Sequence record: MN871444.1
Length of the DNA: 64,000 nt
Direction: 5' to 3' (one strand)
Below, one piece after another: positions 47,429-56,129 of this stretch. Both the position numbers and the translations under genes were made by a program. The notes beneath the pieces are model-generated. The model was not told where the DNA came from, did no database searches, and saw only the letters and a program-made list of their open reading frames with translations. Position 1 is the stretch's first letter. Every line of letters starts with the position of its first letter.

Positions 47429-47895
47429 TGCGCCCATTGGAATTTGTCTACAAAGGGGTGAAACTCACCCTGGATACAAAGTCATTTAACCCAACTCAGC
47501 CATTCATTCTTTTGAATGATGAGGTGGAGGAAAGTTATTTGCTTAATGTAACCAATCTATCCGAAGAATGGGCGACAAAACCCGCAGTCATCCGTAAGCT
47601 GGGTAAGCTCGCATCACCTTACGGTGTCATCCAACTCATCGTTACTGGATTAACTAAACCCTGGAAATTAACTGGCCGTAAAGCTACGCTCCATGGCGTT
47701 GAGTTCCAGGAAGGGGTGTTTGACATTGGTAACGATGTTGTGGGCGCCTGGATGCCGGTAGGGGACGCTGAACAACAAGTCCCCGTCCAAACCTACATCG
47801 TTGATGTCAAACACCCCAGGCTGTATGGTAAGCTCCTGGGTCGTACCTTTGTCCACATCAAAACATCAGACGGTTTCCGATTCGTCTACGCCTAA
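47428..47895 (+). CDS. hypothetical protein (155 aa)
   Basis: TAATG coupling. Confidence 0.7.
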   Translation: MRPLEFVYKGVKLTLDTKSFNPTQPFILLNDEVEESYLLNVTNLSEEWATKPAVIRKLGKLASPYGVIQLIVTGLTKPWKLTGRKATLHGVEFQEGVFDIGNDVVGAWMPVGDAEQQVPVQTYIVDVKHPRLYGKLLGRTFVHIKTSDGFRFVYA

Positions 47896-47909
47896 CGTTG
47901 GGGGTACGT

Positions 47910-48269
47910 ATGGAGCTTGAACGTGTGGTTTACCACCCGGCTGGAATGATTGCTTATTATTCTGACGGTACGGTGGGTATACCAACCCAGGAAGATTTGG
48001 ATAACGCTGTCGGGGAGATTCTGCTTTATACCAAACATCGCGCTAAAAGAATTATTACGGACGTTTTAACTCACGGATACGATGAACTTAAATTTCGCAA
48101 CAATCCCACCAAGGATGAGTGTGGCGTTGTTGCGTTTCAGTTATTGTGGCATGCGCAAGACCACCTGAATGTGTTTCCCATTTTGTGGAAACCTTCTGGT
48201 GATAAACCATGGTACGAATGCCTGTATATGTCGGTCTGGGGAAATGGCTCTGATTTACGTCCGGTATAA
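47910..48269 (+). CDS. hypothetical protein (119 aa)
   Basis: GGGGG RBS before ATG 47910; ends at a terminator. Confidence 0.65.
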   Translation: MELERVVYHPAGMIAYYSDGTVGIPTQEDLDNAVGEILLYTKHRAKRIITDVLTHGYDELKFRNNPTKDECGVVAFQLLWHAQDHLNVFPILWKPSGDKPWYECLYMSVWGNGSDLRPV

Positions 48270-48271
48270 AA

Positions 48272-48301
48272 GGGAGAGGCTTCGGCCTCTCCCTTTTTTT
48301 A
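48272..48301. terminator. bidirectional intrinsic terminator
   Basis: AAAA-GGGAGAGGC-ttcg-GCCTCTCCC-TTTTTTT. Confidence 0.9.
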
Positions 48302-48359
48302 TGTTGTTTTTTTTTATTTATTCGGCGGTGGTTATTACGCCCCCCTTTTTTTTATGCTT

Positions 48360-50885
48360 TTATGCCAATGAGATAGTTGAGCGTGCTTCAACCCAGTCAG
48401 TGCCCAGAGTATTCGAACTCCCTGAGGTTAATCTATACCATCCGGCGATTACGTAGGTGTGGGTTAGGGTATTCGACCCTACCGTGATCGTTTGTGTCTT
48501 TATTGCTTTATCCAGATTTTTTGCGAAATAACCTGCCGGCCAATACCCAGTCGTAGGAACCGATGAGGTTGCCGACATGCCAGAAGCGTACTTTGTAGTC
48601 AAGTAAGTTGCGGACGTGGGATCGGAATCCTCCACTATAAAATCATCCGAGGTCATTTTTGGGATATACCTGACCCCTTTATTGTTGGTACTCCCCGCTA
48701 CAGTGAAATCATAGCCATCCGCCGGCTGACATAAATAAATATTGTTTTTTACAACACCCGTACCGCGGGTAGTTTCAGCACCGGTATTATTACGCATACC
48801 CCCTACGTCAGATACGCCAATAGCGCAGTTCCGAAATATATTATTTTTTGCAATAATTCCCGTGACATATGACCGACTAACCCCGGCTGGAACATCAGTA
48901 TTATTCCACCCGCCTCCAGAAGTTCGATAACTACTTTCTAAATACGGGTCTATGTCAAAAACATTGTCCGATACATTTAAAAATCCATAGGGTTGACCTA
49001 GTTTACTAGATGATGCAAAATTACCACCCGAGACATCCACTCCTGAAGTACCGAGGCGAATAAATTCGTTATCTTTAATAACAAGGTTATTAATAAACGT
49101 ACAATATTTTAAATTTATTCCTTTGTCTAACCCATAGAACAAATTGTCTTTTGCCACCAATCGATGTATTGCTGGAGTGGGGGTATACTGCCCAACCCTA
49201 GCTAATATTCCAGTCCCAGTGCGCATTGTGGACATTATCGGGTCTACCCATCCAGTAGGGCAAAATACTTTACCCAAACCCCATGATGAATATAGATTGG
49301 CGTCCGGTAACGTTCTAGTAAACTGGTTGCCGGAAATTCTTATATCTCTGATGCCAAATATTGGGGATGTTTTTGTGGTATTACCTGCACTCGCTAGGAA
49401 ATAGGTTTCTGGAAGGACAAAGGAATGTAATGCATAATCGAATTGGCCTGGGGGGACTGAGTTCGTTACTGCCACTTGTGGGTACGGTGAAATTAATATA
49501 CCTACGTTCCACAATGAGTCAGAACCTTGAGACGGGACGTTGGACCCCCCTGCGGCAAATACCGCGGGAGCCGGAATCATATCAGATATAAGGTTATCTT
49601 TTATATTGATTGCGGCCATATCGTTAGCACCTTCTGTACCACCACTCCAGCCAACCATAATCCCTAAATACTTGGTTCTATTCAATATGTTATTACTTAT
49701 ATTGGTGTACGTACCCCCCAAACAAGCGATACCGCAGGTATCAATCAATACATTATCAGTTATTACACATCCTCGATTGAGAGTTTGAGTGTACCCAACT
49801 AAATTAGATTTGTAGTCAGTTCCAGCGGCAATGGCGTTATCGCCACAATGCTCTATGTAATTTCCAGATACCACTGTGGAATGATTTCCACCTACTCGGA
49901 TGCCATCTCGCATCGAATTTTTTATAGTGCAGTTTTTTATTTCCGCCGACAAATTACTACCGGCCACAATACTGAATCCCCGACACCATAATACACTGAC
50001 GTTGGTTATGCTGACATTTTCGAAGTACTCAGCACGGATCGCCCCCTCAGTCCCTACAGTGGATGCATTGTAGTAGGTGCTGGTGTTAGTGCTATCATAG
50101 GCGAAGAAATTTCCTTCCACCCCAGTTATGGTAAAATCCCTTAACACGCAGTTTGCTGGTTTTGTCCCTGGATAATACAAAGAACCATAACTCATCATAC
50201 CACCCGCCCCGGCTTTGATATGAAAAACAGTCCTTCCTTCACCGGCCCCGATAATACAACCATAATGGTCAAATTGAGCATCAATCAGGTAGTGCCCAGC
50301 TGGGACATATAGTTGTTTATTTTGCAAATAAGCCGTTTTACAAGCGGTCTCCAATAATACTGACATGCCGAGTTGCAGAGAACCATTCTTAATATCGTCA
50401 TATTGGGTTGGGGTAATAAATTTGAAAAAACTTATCATATCCAATTCTGTTTTATGGATTACATTATCTAGTTCTGCCTGTACGGAATTTCCTTGCGTAC
50501 CCCCAAGAAAATTTGTTACTGTAGTGGTTATAAGTCCCGCCCCCAAACCCTCTTCACTTGAACGGAGGTTTTCGCGAAGCACTGAATCATTGCTGTATGC
50601 CCAGGCCCCAGAACCGATGCCACCGGTGGTGTCTGGCGTGCTTCCTGAGGGTACTGTTTTCGGGTAACTGCCGGTCCAAACCAAACGTTGGCCGCCATAA
50701 ACAATTTCTTCTTTTATAGACGTAATGGTAAAACCGACATCGAAAGATTTACTGGCGGTCAGGAAATTCGTCATTGGGATTTGATAATTACTCCCATCTT
50801 CGCTATACAGCAATGCCCCGGTGTTATAACCCAACCCGTAGGTCGGCAGGTCACTCAGGCGCTTTGCGATTACTCTACTGGTCAT
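48360..50885 (-). CDS. tailspike/depolymerase A (841 aa): anchor head, tailspike N-terminal domain and beta-helix body; currently expressed arm of switch 1
   Basis: GAGGT RBS before ATG 50885; KRLSDLPTY anchor; WTGSYPKTVPSGSTPDTTGGIGSGAW matches the Tail_spike_N-type motif; pectate-lyase-like repeats. Confidence 0.85.
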   Translation of the reverse strand: MTSRVIAKRLSDLPTYGLGYNTGALLYSEDGSNYQIPMTNFLTASKSFDVGFTITSIKEEIVYGGQRLVWTGSYPKTVPSGSTPDTTGGIGSGAWAYSNDSVLRENLRSSEEGLGAGLITTTVTNFLGGTQGNSVQAELDNVIHKTELDMISFFKFITPTQYDDIKNGSLQLGMSVLLETACKTAYLQNKQLYVPAGHYLIDAQFDHYGCIIGAGEGRTVFHIKAGAGGMMSYGSLYYPGTKPANCVLRDFTITGVEGNFFAYDSTNTSTYYNASTVGTEGAIRAEYFENVSITNVSVLWCRGFSIVAGSNLSAEIKNCTIKNSMRDGIRVGGNHSTVVSGNYIEHCGDNAIAAGTDYKSNLVGYTQTLNRGCVITDNVLIDTCGIACLGGTYTNISNNILNRTKYLGIMVGWSGGTEGANDMAAINIKDNLISDMIPAPAVFAAGGSNVPSQGSDSLWNVGILISPYPQVAVTNSVPPGQFDYALHSFVLPETYFLASAGNTTKTSPIFGIRDIRISGNQFTRTLPDANLYSSWGLGKVFCPTGWVDPIMSTMRTGTGILARVGQYTPTPAIHRLVAKDNLFYGLDKGINLKYCTFINNLVIKDNEFIRLGTSGVDVSGGNFASSSKLGQPYGFLNVSDNVFDIDPYLESSYRTSGGGWNNTDVPAGVSRSYVTGIIAKNNIFRNCAIGVSDVGGMRNNTGAETTRGTGVVKNNIYLCQPADGYDFTVAGSTNNKGVRYIPKMTSDDFIVEDSDPTSATYLTTKYASGMSATSSVPTTGYWPAGYFAKNLDKAIKTQTITVGSNTLTHTYVIAGWYRLTSGSSNTLGTDWVEARSTISLA
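50553..50578 (-). repeat. invertase crossover site A (hix/gix-like, core TC on the minus strand)
   Basis: Minus strand TTCGCGAAAACC-TC-CGTTCAAGTGAA; 18-bp exact inverted repeat with site B. Confidence 0.9.
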
Positions 50886-50909
50886 GTTGTTATACCTCAC
50901 GCAGTGGCG

Positions 50910-50940
50910 TCTTGTAAAAAATGATAAGCATAAAATGAGG
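50910..50940 (-). promoter_or_regulatory. 31-bp upstream element with TTTTATG (late-promoter-like), identical to 63595-63625
   Basis: CCTCATTTTATGCTTATCATTTTTTACAAGA on the minus strand upstream of tailspike A; TATG is the known phiKZ late promoter core. Confidence 0.75.
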
Positions 50941-50947
50941 TCGCACC

Positions 50948-52486
50948 GTGGTTCATTCAAACCTCCGTTCAAGTGATACTGGAAAAGGGGGTAGTTTAGT
51001 TAACACTATTATCGGGGTATCTGTGGGGGATTGGTTAGGCAATACCGTAATAACTCCAGACATGTTTTATACCTCTAATGATGCTGACTGGTCATCGGCT
51101 TTTTCTTTAGCCGCCGCCGCATGTACCAAATTAAAACTGCCCGTGACCTTATTACCTAGGACATATACTTTTAATAAGTCAGTAGATTTGACCATATTTA
51201 GTTATGGTGTTGTCTGCGATGCCTCCAGAAACAATAAGGTTATTTTTAAAGCAACGGATAATTCCACCAATGCTGAAGTTTTTGTGTCTATGAAAAACGT
51301 AGACCGTCGAAAAACAGGTGGATTTCTCATAGACGCCAATAATTTATTTGATGTCGGATTTGATACCACGTGGGATTTGACTGGCGGGCCTTCACTAATG
51401 ATGGTTTGGGAAAAAATACAGATTCAGGGATGGAGAACTATAGGGTGGCGTGCAAATAACAATAATGATGTTTGGAATAAAAATATTACCATTCTCGAGC
51501 CCGGGGCCGGCGTAATAGCAAATGCAGTTAGCTATTATAACCATAGTGCGGGAGGGCCGATTTCATTCGAAGGGTGTAGCTTCCAGGGAGGAAGAGTCCA
51601 AATTACCGCCCAACATATAAGTGCTACCTTTTGCGTGTTTAGGGGCATTGAAATAAAAACGGGAGGTTCTGGATGGAATACTTTTGCTGCGATGGGATGT
51701 CATTTTTTTAAAGATAGTTATTATAATGCATGCTTCACTTTCGCCGGTAACATTCAAGGGTTTACTGTGATTGGTGGGTTGGTTGAACCCACTGACGGTG
51801 GGGTGGTATTGCTGGGGCTGGGTACTGGTTATTTCAATTGCGGGCAATTGGAATTTATGAATACCAGAATTAGTTCCTATAACGCCACTGCACCTGCGGT
51901 GTTAGCCAGCGGAACTATGCTATCAGCTTACGGTAATACCACTATAAAAATAACGGGGGGCATTGCGGAACTGTCTTCTTATGACCCGACGACAATGGGT
52001 TGGGTAAACACCCTAGTCATAGATAAGGTCTTATTAAACCAATTAAACAACACCCCCATAACGCGTGTATTTTCCGGAACCACGTTACGTTACAATAAGC
52101 CAACGGTTGGAAACATCAGCGTCATTAATACCTCATCCACGGCATGTATTGTAACTGATTTACTAAACACGCTGACTACGACAAGTCGAAATTTTGGAAA
52201 TATTTCGGCCCTGGATGGAGCAAAAACAACCAGAAGTGGCGGGACAATAAAATTAGTCTATGCCGATGGCGGTGGGTACGCCGAATATAGATATGCACGT
52301 ACGGGCACCACAGCTGTAACTTTAACTTTAGTATCCGAAGCTTACGTAGACACTACAAGGCAATTATCCGTGTATAATTCCAGTTCTCAGTATGTTTATG
52401 TGGCTAATAGCCGAGCGGCCGGTTCAACTGGCGATTCCTGGACCCTACTAATATCGTTCACCGGCACCCTTGATTACATTCCATAA
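50948..52486 (+). CDS. headless tailspike body B (512 aa): alternative cassette of switch 1
   Basis: Lacks the anchor head; begins at site B in the same frame (SNLRSSD vs ENLRSSE); beta-helix-like sequence. Confidence 0.85.
   Translation: MVHSNLRSSDTGKGGSLVNTIIGVSVGDWLGNTVITPDMFYTSNDADWSSAFSLAAAACTKLKLPVTLLPRTYTFNKSVDLTIFSYGVVCDASRNNKVIFKATDNSTNAEVFVSMKNVDRRKTGGFLIDANNLFDVGFDTTWDLTGGPSLMMVWEKIQIQGWRTIGWRANNNNDVWNKNITILEPGAGVIANAVSYYNHSAGGPISFEGCSFQGGRVQITAQHISATFCVFRGIEIKTGGSGWNTFAAMGCHFFKDSYYNACFTFAGNIQGFTVIGGLVEPTDGGVVLLGLGTGYFNCGQLEFMNTRISSYNATAPAVLASGTMLSAYGNTTIKITGGIAELSSYDPTTMGWVNTLVIDKVLLNQLNNTPITRVFSGTTLRYNKPTVGNISVINTSSTACIVTDLLNTLTTTSRNFGNISALDGAKTTRSGGTIKLVYADGGGYAEYRYARTGTTAVTLTLVSEAYVDTTRQLSVYNSSSQYVYVANSRAAGSTGDSWTLLISFTGTLDYIP
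50952..50977 (+). repeat. invertase crossover site B (core TC)
   Basis: TTCATTCAAACC-TC-CGTTCAAGTGAT; inverted relative to site A. Confidence 0.9.
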
Positions 52487-52493
52487 TTAATGT

Positions 52494-52529
52494 AACATAT
52501 TGGGAGGGCAAAACCCCTCCCTTTTATGC
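52494..52529 (+). terminator. intrinsic terminator, dispersed repeat family member
   Basis: AACATATT-GGGAGGG-caaaa-CCCTCCC-TTTTATGCC. Confidence 0.85.
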
Positions 52530-52572
52530 CCGCGTTCTTTATCGTATGCACTTTTATAAAGGAGGGCACCAC

Positions 52573-53136
52573 ATGGGCTTTACCCCTAATTTCACCCTGT
52601 CCTCATATTACGTGGTTAATATTGGACTACCGTCTTCAGAATTGGTATTTGGATTAATTAACCACGATAACCATTCCACATTTGCCGCCTCTGATGTGTT
52701 CTTTGATATCCCTGCGAGCACTGCTCCGGGTAGTTTAAGAAACACGCAAATCACGTTATATCGTCAACCGCCATACGACTACGATTCGATGGTAGTGACT
52801 TATGACAGGTTAGACCTCGATGAGGCGTTAGAAAAACATCTGCCTATTATTTTGTCCCTTGAAGAAACCGATCTCAACCTCACCGATCTCATTCCTTATT
52901 TCAATAATACTTATAACCTATCTTTAATTGACGGTGAGGTTTTAGGAGGGGTTATCGATACGGTTGCAGATACAAATGCGTTCACCATCTCCGATTCCAG
53001 TTTAGCGTGGCGAGGCACCGTAGATTTTACAGCCATTGCTCTAGGCCATTCTTTAATGGTTGATGACACTGGGGAATACATCACGGTCGGAAATGGCCTT
53101 TTATTGGAAATCACGCCACCACCAACAAGTGAGTAA
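52573..53136 (+). CDS. tailspike adaptor-like paralog 1 (187 aa)
   Basis: LPSSELVFGLINHDN, YDRLDL and TISDSSLAW motifs shared with three paralogs; GGAGG RBS. Confidence 0.7.
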   Translation: MGFTPNFTLSSYYVVNIGLPSSELVFGLINHDNHSTFAASDVFFDIPASTAPGSLRNTQITLYRQPPYDYDSMVVTYDRLDLDEALEKHLPIILSLEETDLNLTDLIPYFNNTYNLSLIDGEVLGGVIDTVADTNAFTISDSSLAWRGTVDFTAIALGHSLMVDDTGEYITVGNGLLLEITPPPTSE

Positions 53137-53142
53137 AATAAC

Positions 53143-54918
53143 ATGGCACAGACAGTTGCGAAGAAAGGCCTGGCCGCACTCCCTGATTTGGGGAGCGTTA
53201 TGGGTGAAAACGGCTACTTTCATTATAATGAAGATGGGGTAGACTATCGTTTTCCTGTGGCTCTTTTAAGTCAAATTTCCGTACTTGCTGCCGCTACTGG
53301 CGCAAAAAGCATCGGCCTAGATTTAACAACCGTGTGGAACGTCCTTTCTGGGCGCACCCGCAATTTCTTTGAATTCCTCAGCGATGATAAAATCATTGCA
53401 GTGAAAGCCGGTGAAGATGTGGATGTTACCACAGAACTTCAAGCGGCAATGGATGCGAATTGTGCTATCAAAATACCTGACGGTAGCTATTTCGTGACGC
53501 AAGCTATCACCACGTCCATCAATTCTGGTTTGGTGGGTGATGGTCCTCGCAACTGCGTGATTGATAACCGCGGTATTGACCATCTTTTCAAATTCCCTTC
53601 TGGGTATAACCGTGGGTGGAAAGTGTGGTGTGGGTTTAAAATCAAATCCAGCAATCAGGCGGCACTCAAGAAATATGCCTTTTATTTCATGGGCTCCGCT
53701 GCGGCAGGGTATTTGGATTATGCTGCTTCCCATTGGTTCCAATTAATTGAGTTTGATGGTACCGGCATGGGTGGAGGTTGGTATCTCCAGGATTGTTTCC
53801 GGGTAACCATCCGGGACTGCGGCGCAACGGCACACGGCAACCCGTTCTATATTGCAGGTTCAGTAGTTCAACTTACCGTCGATAACTACGTCAACAATGG
53901 TGATAACGCCCCCGTCATGGACGTCGGGTCATACGGCGTATATATGACCAATAAAACGTACACCGATGGTAATGGCGTCAAGTCTCCAGAAGGCATCAAT
54001 TTTACTCATTGTAAATTTGTTAAACAGGCTGTTGGCGCTTATACGGTCGGATTATTTATCAACTTTTCTAAATGTGAATTTGATTATTGTTGGCAATACG
54101 GTGGGTATTATCGTGGTGGTAGTCAGGTCACGTTCGATATGTGCTATGTGGGTGCCCAAGCAAATCGACCTAATGATTTTGTGGGGTTCATGATCCCAGC
54201 ACAGGCGACGGGTGTTGCAGAAAAAGTTGTAGTTCATAAATGCACCATTAACATGCAAACGAACACAAATGCCAATGCCGCGAATTATGTCTCTAAAGGT
54301 ATCCAAATAGGTAATTCAACCGTGAACCCGATTGCGGCAGATATTGTCAGCAATACTTTCCGGGGAACAGGATACACCATCGGGATTCATGTGGCCCGGG
54401 GACTTGGCATTAAACTGGATGCCAATGCATTCCTATATACCGGCGTGGATATCCAGGTAGACGAATGTCGCACCTTATGGATGGCCAACAATACCACCAG
54501 TATTGATGATTCCGGTAATCCGCGCGGCACTTACAGCGTAACCACTACTGACAACAGTGCCGAATGGTTTATTGTTGGGAATGACGGAACGTTCACTACT
54601 AAAAGTATCGTCAACCCTGCCCGATGCATCATAATGAATCGGTATTGGACGCCCTACGTTACCAGAACTGCATGGTCACCGATAGCAGCAGTCAGTACGA
54701 GTATTTCTGCTGGCGGTACTTATTCATTCAGTATGGCCGCTACAGCGGATGCCAACGCCGTTTATTCTTTAGCGGGCATAACCGTTGCGGGGTTGCTTTG
54801 GAGTGTAGTTTATATTAACACCACCTCTGTTCGCGTGACCTTTTTTAATCCGACTGCCTCTACGATTACACTCAATGCTTCGTTGCGTGTGAAGACAGAG
54901 TGGCCTCCAGTGGGGTGA
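53143..54918 (+). CDS. tailspike/depolymerase C (591 aa)
   Basis: KKGLAALPDL...HYNEDGVDYRFP anchor; DVTTELQAAMDA...IPDGSY pectate-lyase-type start; beta-helix repeats. Confidence 0.8.
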   Translation: MAQTVAKKGLAALPDLGSVMGENGYFHYNEDGVDYRFPVALLSQISVLAAATGAKSIGLDLTTVWNVLSGRTRNFFEFLSDDKIIAVKAGEDVDVTTELQAAMDANCAIKIPDGSYFVTQAITTSINSGLVGDGPRNCVIDNRGIDHLFKFPSGYNRGWKVWCGFKIKSSNQAALKKYAFYFMGSAAAGYLDYAASHWFQLIEFDGTGMGGGWYLQDCFRVTIRDCGATAHGNPFYIAGSVVQLTVDNYVNNGDNAPVMDVGSYGVYMTNKTYTDGNGVKSPEGINFTHCKFVKQAVGAYTVGLFINFSKCEFDYCWQYGGYYRGGSQVTFDMCYVGAQANRPNDFVGFMIPAQATGVAEKVVVHKCTINMQTNTNANAANYVSKGIQIGNSTVNPIAADIVSNTFRGTGYTIGIHVARGLGIKLDANAFLYTGVDIQVDECRTLWMANNTTSIDDSGNPRGTYSVTTTDNSAEWFIVGNDGTFTTKSIVNPARCIIMNRYWTPYVTRTAWSPIAAVSTSISAGGTYSFSMAATADANAVYSLAGITVAGLLWSVVYINTTSVRVTFFNPTASTITLNASLRVKTEWPPVG

Positions 54919-54922
54919 TATA

Positions 54923-55444
54923 ATGGCGACGTATGTTCCCGATATTTCGTTGACTTCCGATGAGCTGGTATACCAGCTCATCAATAACGACAACGGTACT
55001 TATTATGATGCGGCCCATCTAACTCTGGGTGTTCCGTCAGTCAATACCACTGATTACTCAGACAAAAATACGCGCATTACTGTATCACATCCAAAATACG
55101 GTGCAATAGATGGCACCCTCCTTTATTACAATCGAATGGACATACAGAAGGTGTTTGATAATACCTTCCCTTTATTCGTTTGTTTAAATGGGGAATTAAC
55201 CGCCAGTGAGTTAGGTGCGTATTTCCAATCCACCTATGGTGTTGGCCTAGGTAGTGTTGACATATCTCCGACTATCATTTCTGGGACCACCAACACGGAG
55301 ATAGTTTTCACCATCTCCGATTCCAGTTTAGCCTGGTATGGCCAAACCCCAATGATGGTGGTTAGTAAAAGCCATTATTTTTACGGTACTCCGGACACTC
55401 TGGGGTATTACGTTTTATCTGATGGTAGTCTGTTGACTGCTTAA
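54923..55444 (+). CDS. tailspike adaptor-like paralog 2 (173 aa)
   Basis: LTSDELVYQLINNDN, YNRMDI and TISDSSLAW motifs. Confidence 0.7.
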   Translation: MATYVPDISLTSDELVYQLINNDNGTYYDAAHLTLGVPSVNTTDYSDKNTRITVSHPKYGAIDGTLLYYNRMDIQKVFDNTFPLFVCLNGELTASELGAYFQSTYGVGLGSVDISPTIISGTTNTEIVFTISDSSLAWYGQTPMMVVSKSHYFYGTPDTLGYYVLSDGSLLTA

Positions 55445-55455
55445 TGAGGGCTATC

Positions 55456-56115
55456 ATGGCAGGATTTTACATCGTTGATTTGTCCTTGCCATCTGATGAG
55501 ATGGTGTTAGGGTTAATCAACAATGACAATGAATTAGCATTGCGGATGGACGAAGTTAATTTGGGGGTAGCTCAAGTTAATACCGACGTCATAAGGCACC
55601 CCCGAGACACTACCATGCTCGTGACTAACGGGAAATACGCCAGAGATACATTACGGGTCTACTACGACCGACTCAGTATTGAGGATGTTATTTCCATGAA
55701 ATATCCCATCATTGTTCGGGGCGTGGCTGATGGTAATGTATCTGATCTACTGACCTACGTCAATTCTGAATATGGGTTGGGTTTGGTGCCAGCAGATATC
55801 GTCGATGCCGCATTAAGCGATTTGACTGAGGAAATTGCCAGCGCGGAACTGGACATGCAGTCGACTAACCGCGCTTGGTTGGGGTCGGTACCTATCCTCA
55901 TTCTCGGTGATGGCATGACTGTATTACGTCAGGAAGACGATGATGGCATCATGTTGTTATTTGATGATGATACTTACATCGCTGTAGGTAGTCCAGCATT
56001 CGCTATTGAGAACATGGTCACTTTGGCGGAAGGGCAGTCCGTATTAGTCACCCAGGCGGTAAACCCTATCACCGCGACAGATGGTACCTACTATCTGCTG
56101 CGTAGCGCAACGTAA
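55456..56115 (+). CDS. tailspike adaptor-like paralog 3 (219 aa)
   Basis: LPSDEMVLGLINNDN, YDRLSI and RAWLG motifs; GAGG RBS before ATG 55456. Confidence 0.7.
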   Translation: MAGFYIVDLSLPSDEMVLGLINNDNELALRMDEVNLGVAQVNTDVIRHPRDTTMLVTNGKYARDTLRVYYDRLSIEDVISMKYPIIVRGVADGNVSDLLTYVNSEYGLGLVPADIVDAALSDLTEEIASAELDMQSTNRAWLGSVPILILGDGMTVLRQEDDDGIMLLFDDDTYIAVGSPAFAIENMVTLAEGQSVLVTQAVNPITATDGTYYLLRSAT

Positions 56116-56129
56116 TAAGGAGAGCCGTT

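Noticed and set aside
48294-48360. T-rich and C-rich runs as a regulatory repeat
   Set aside because: Explained by terminator tails between convergent genes; no stable structure or second copy found
50886-50972. 29-residue extension of spike A in the ORF track
   Set aside because: It runs through the promoter element and site B; the ATG at 50885 has a GAGGT RBS and matches the paralog starts
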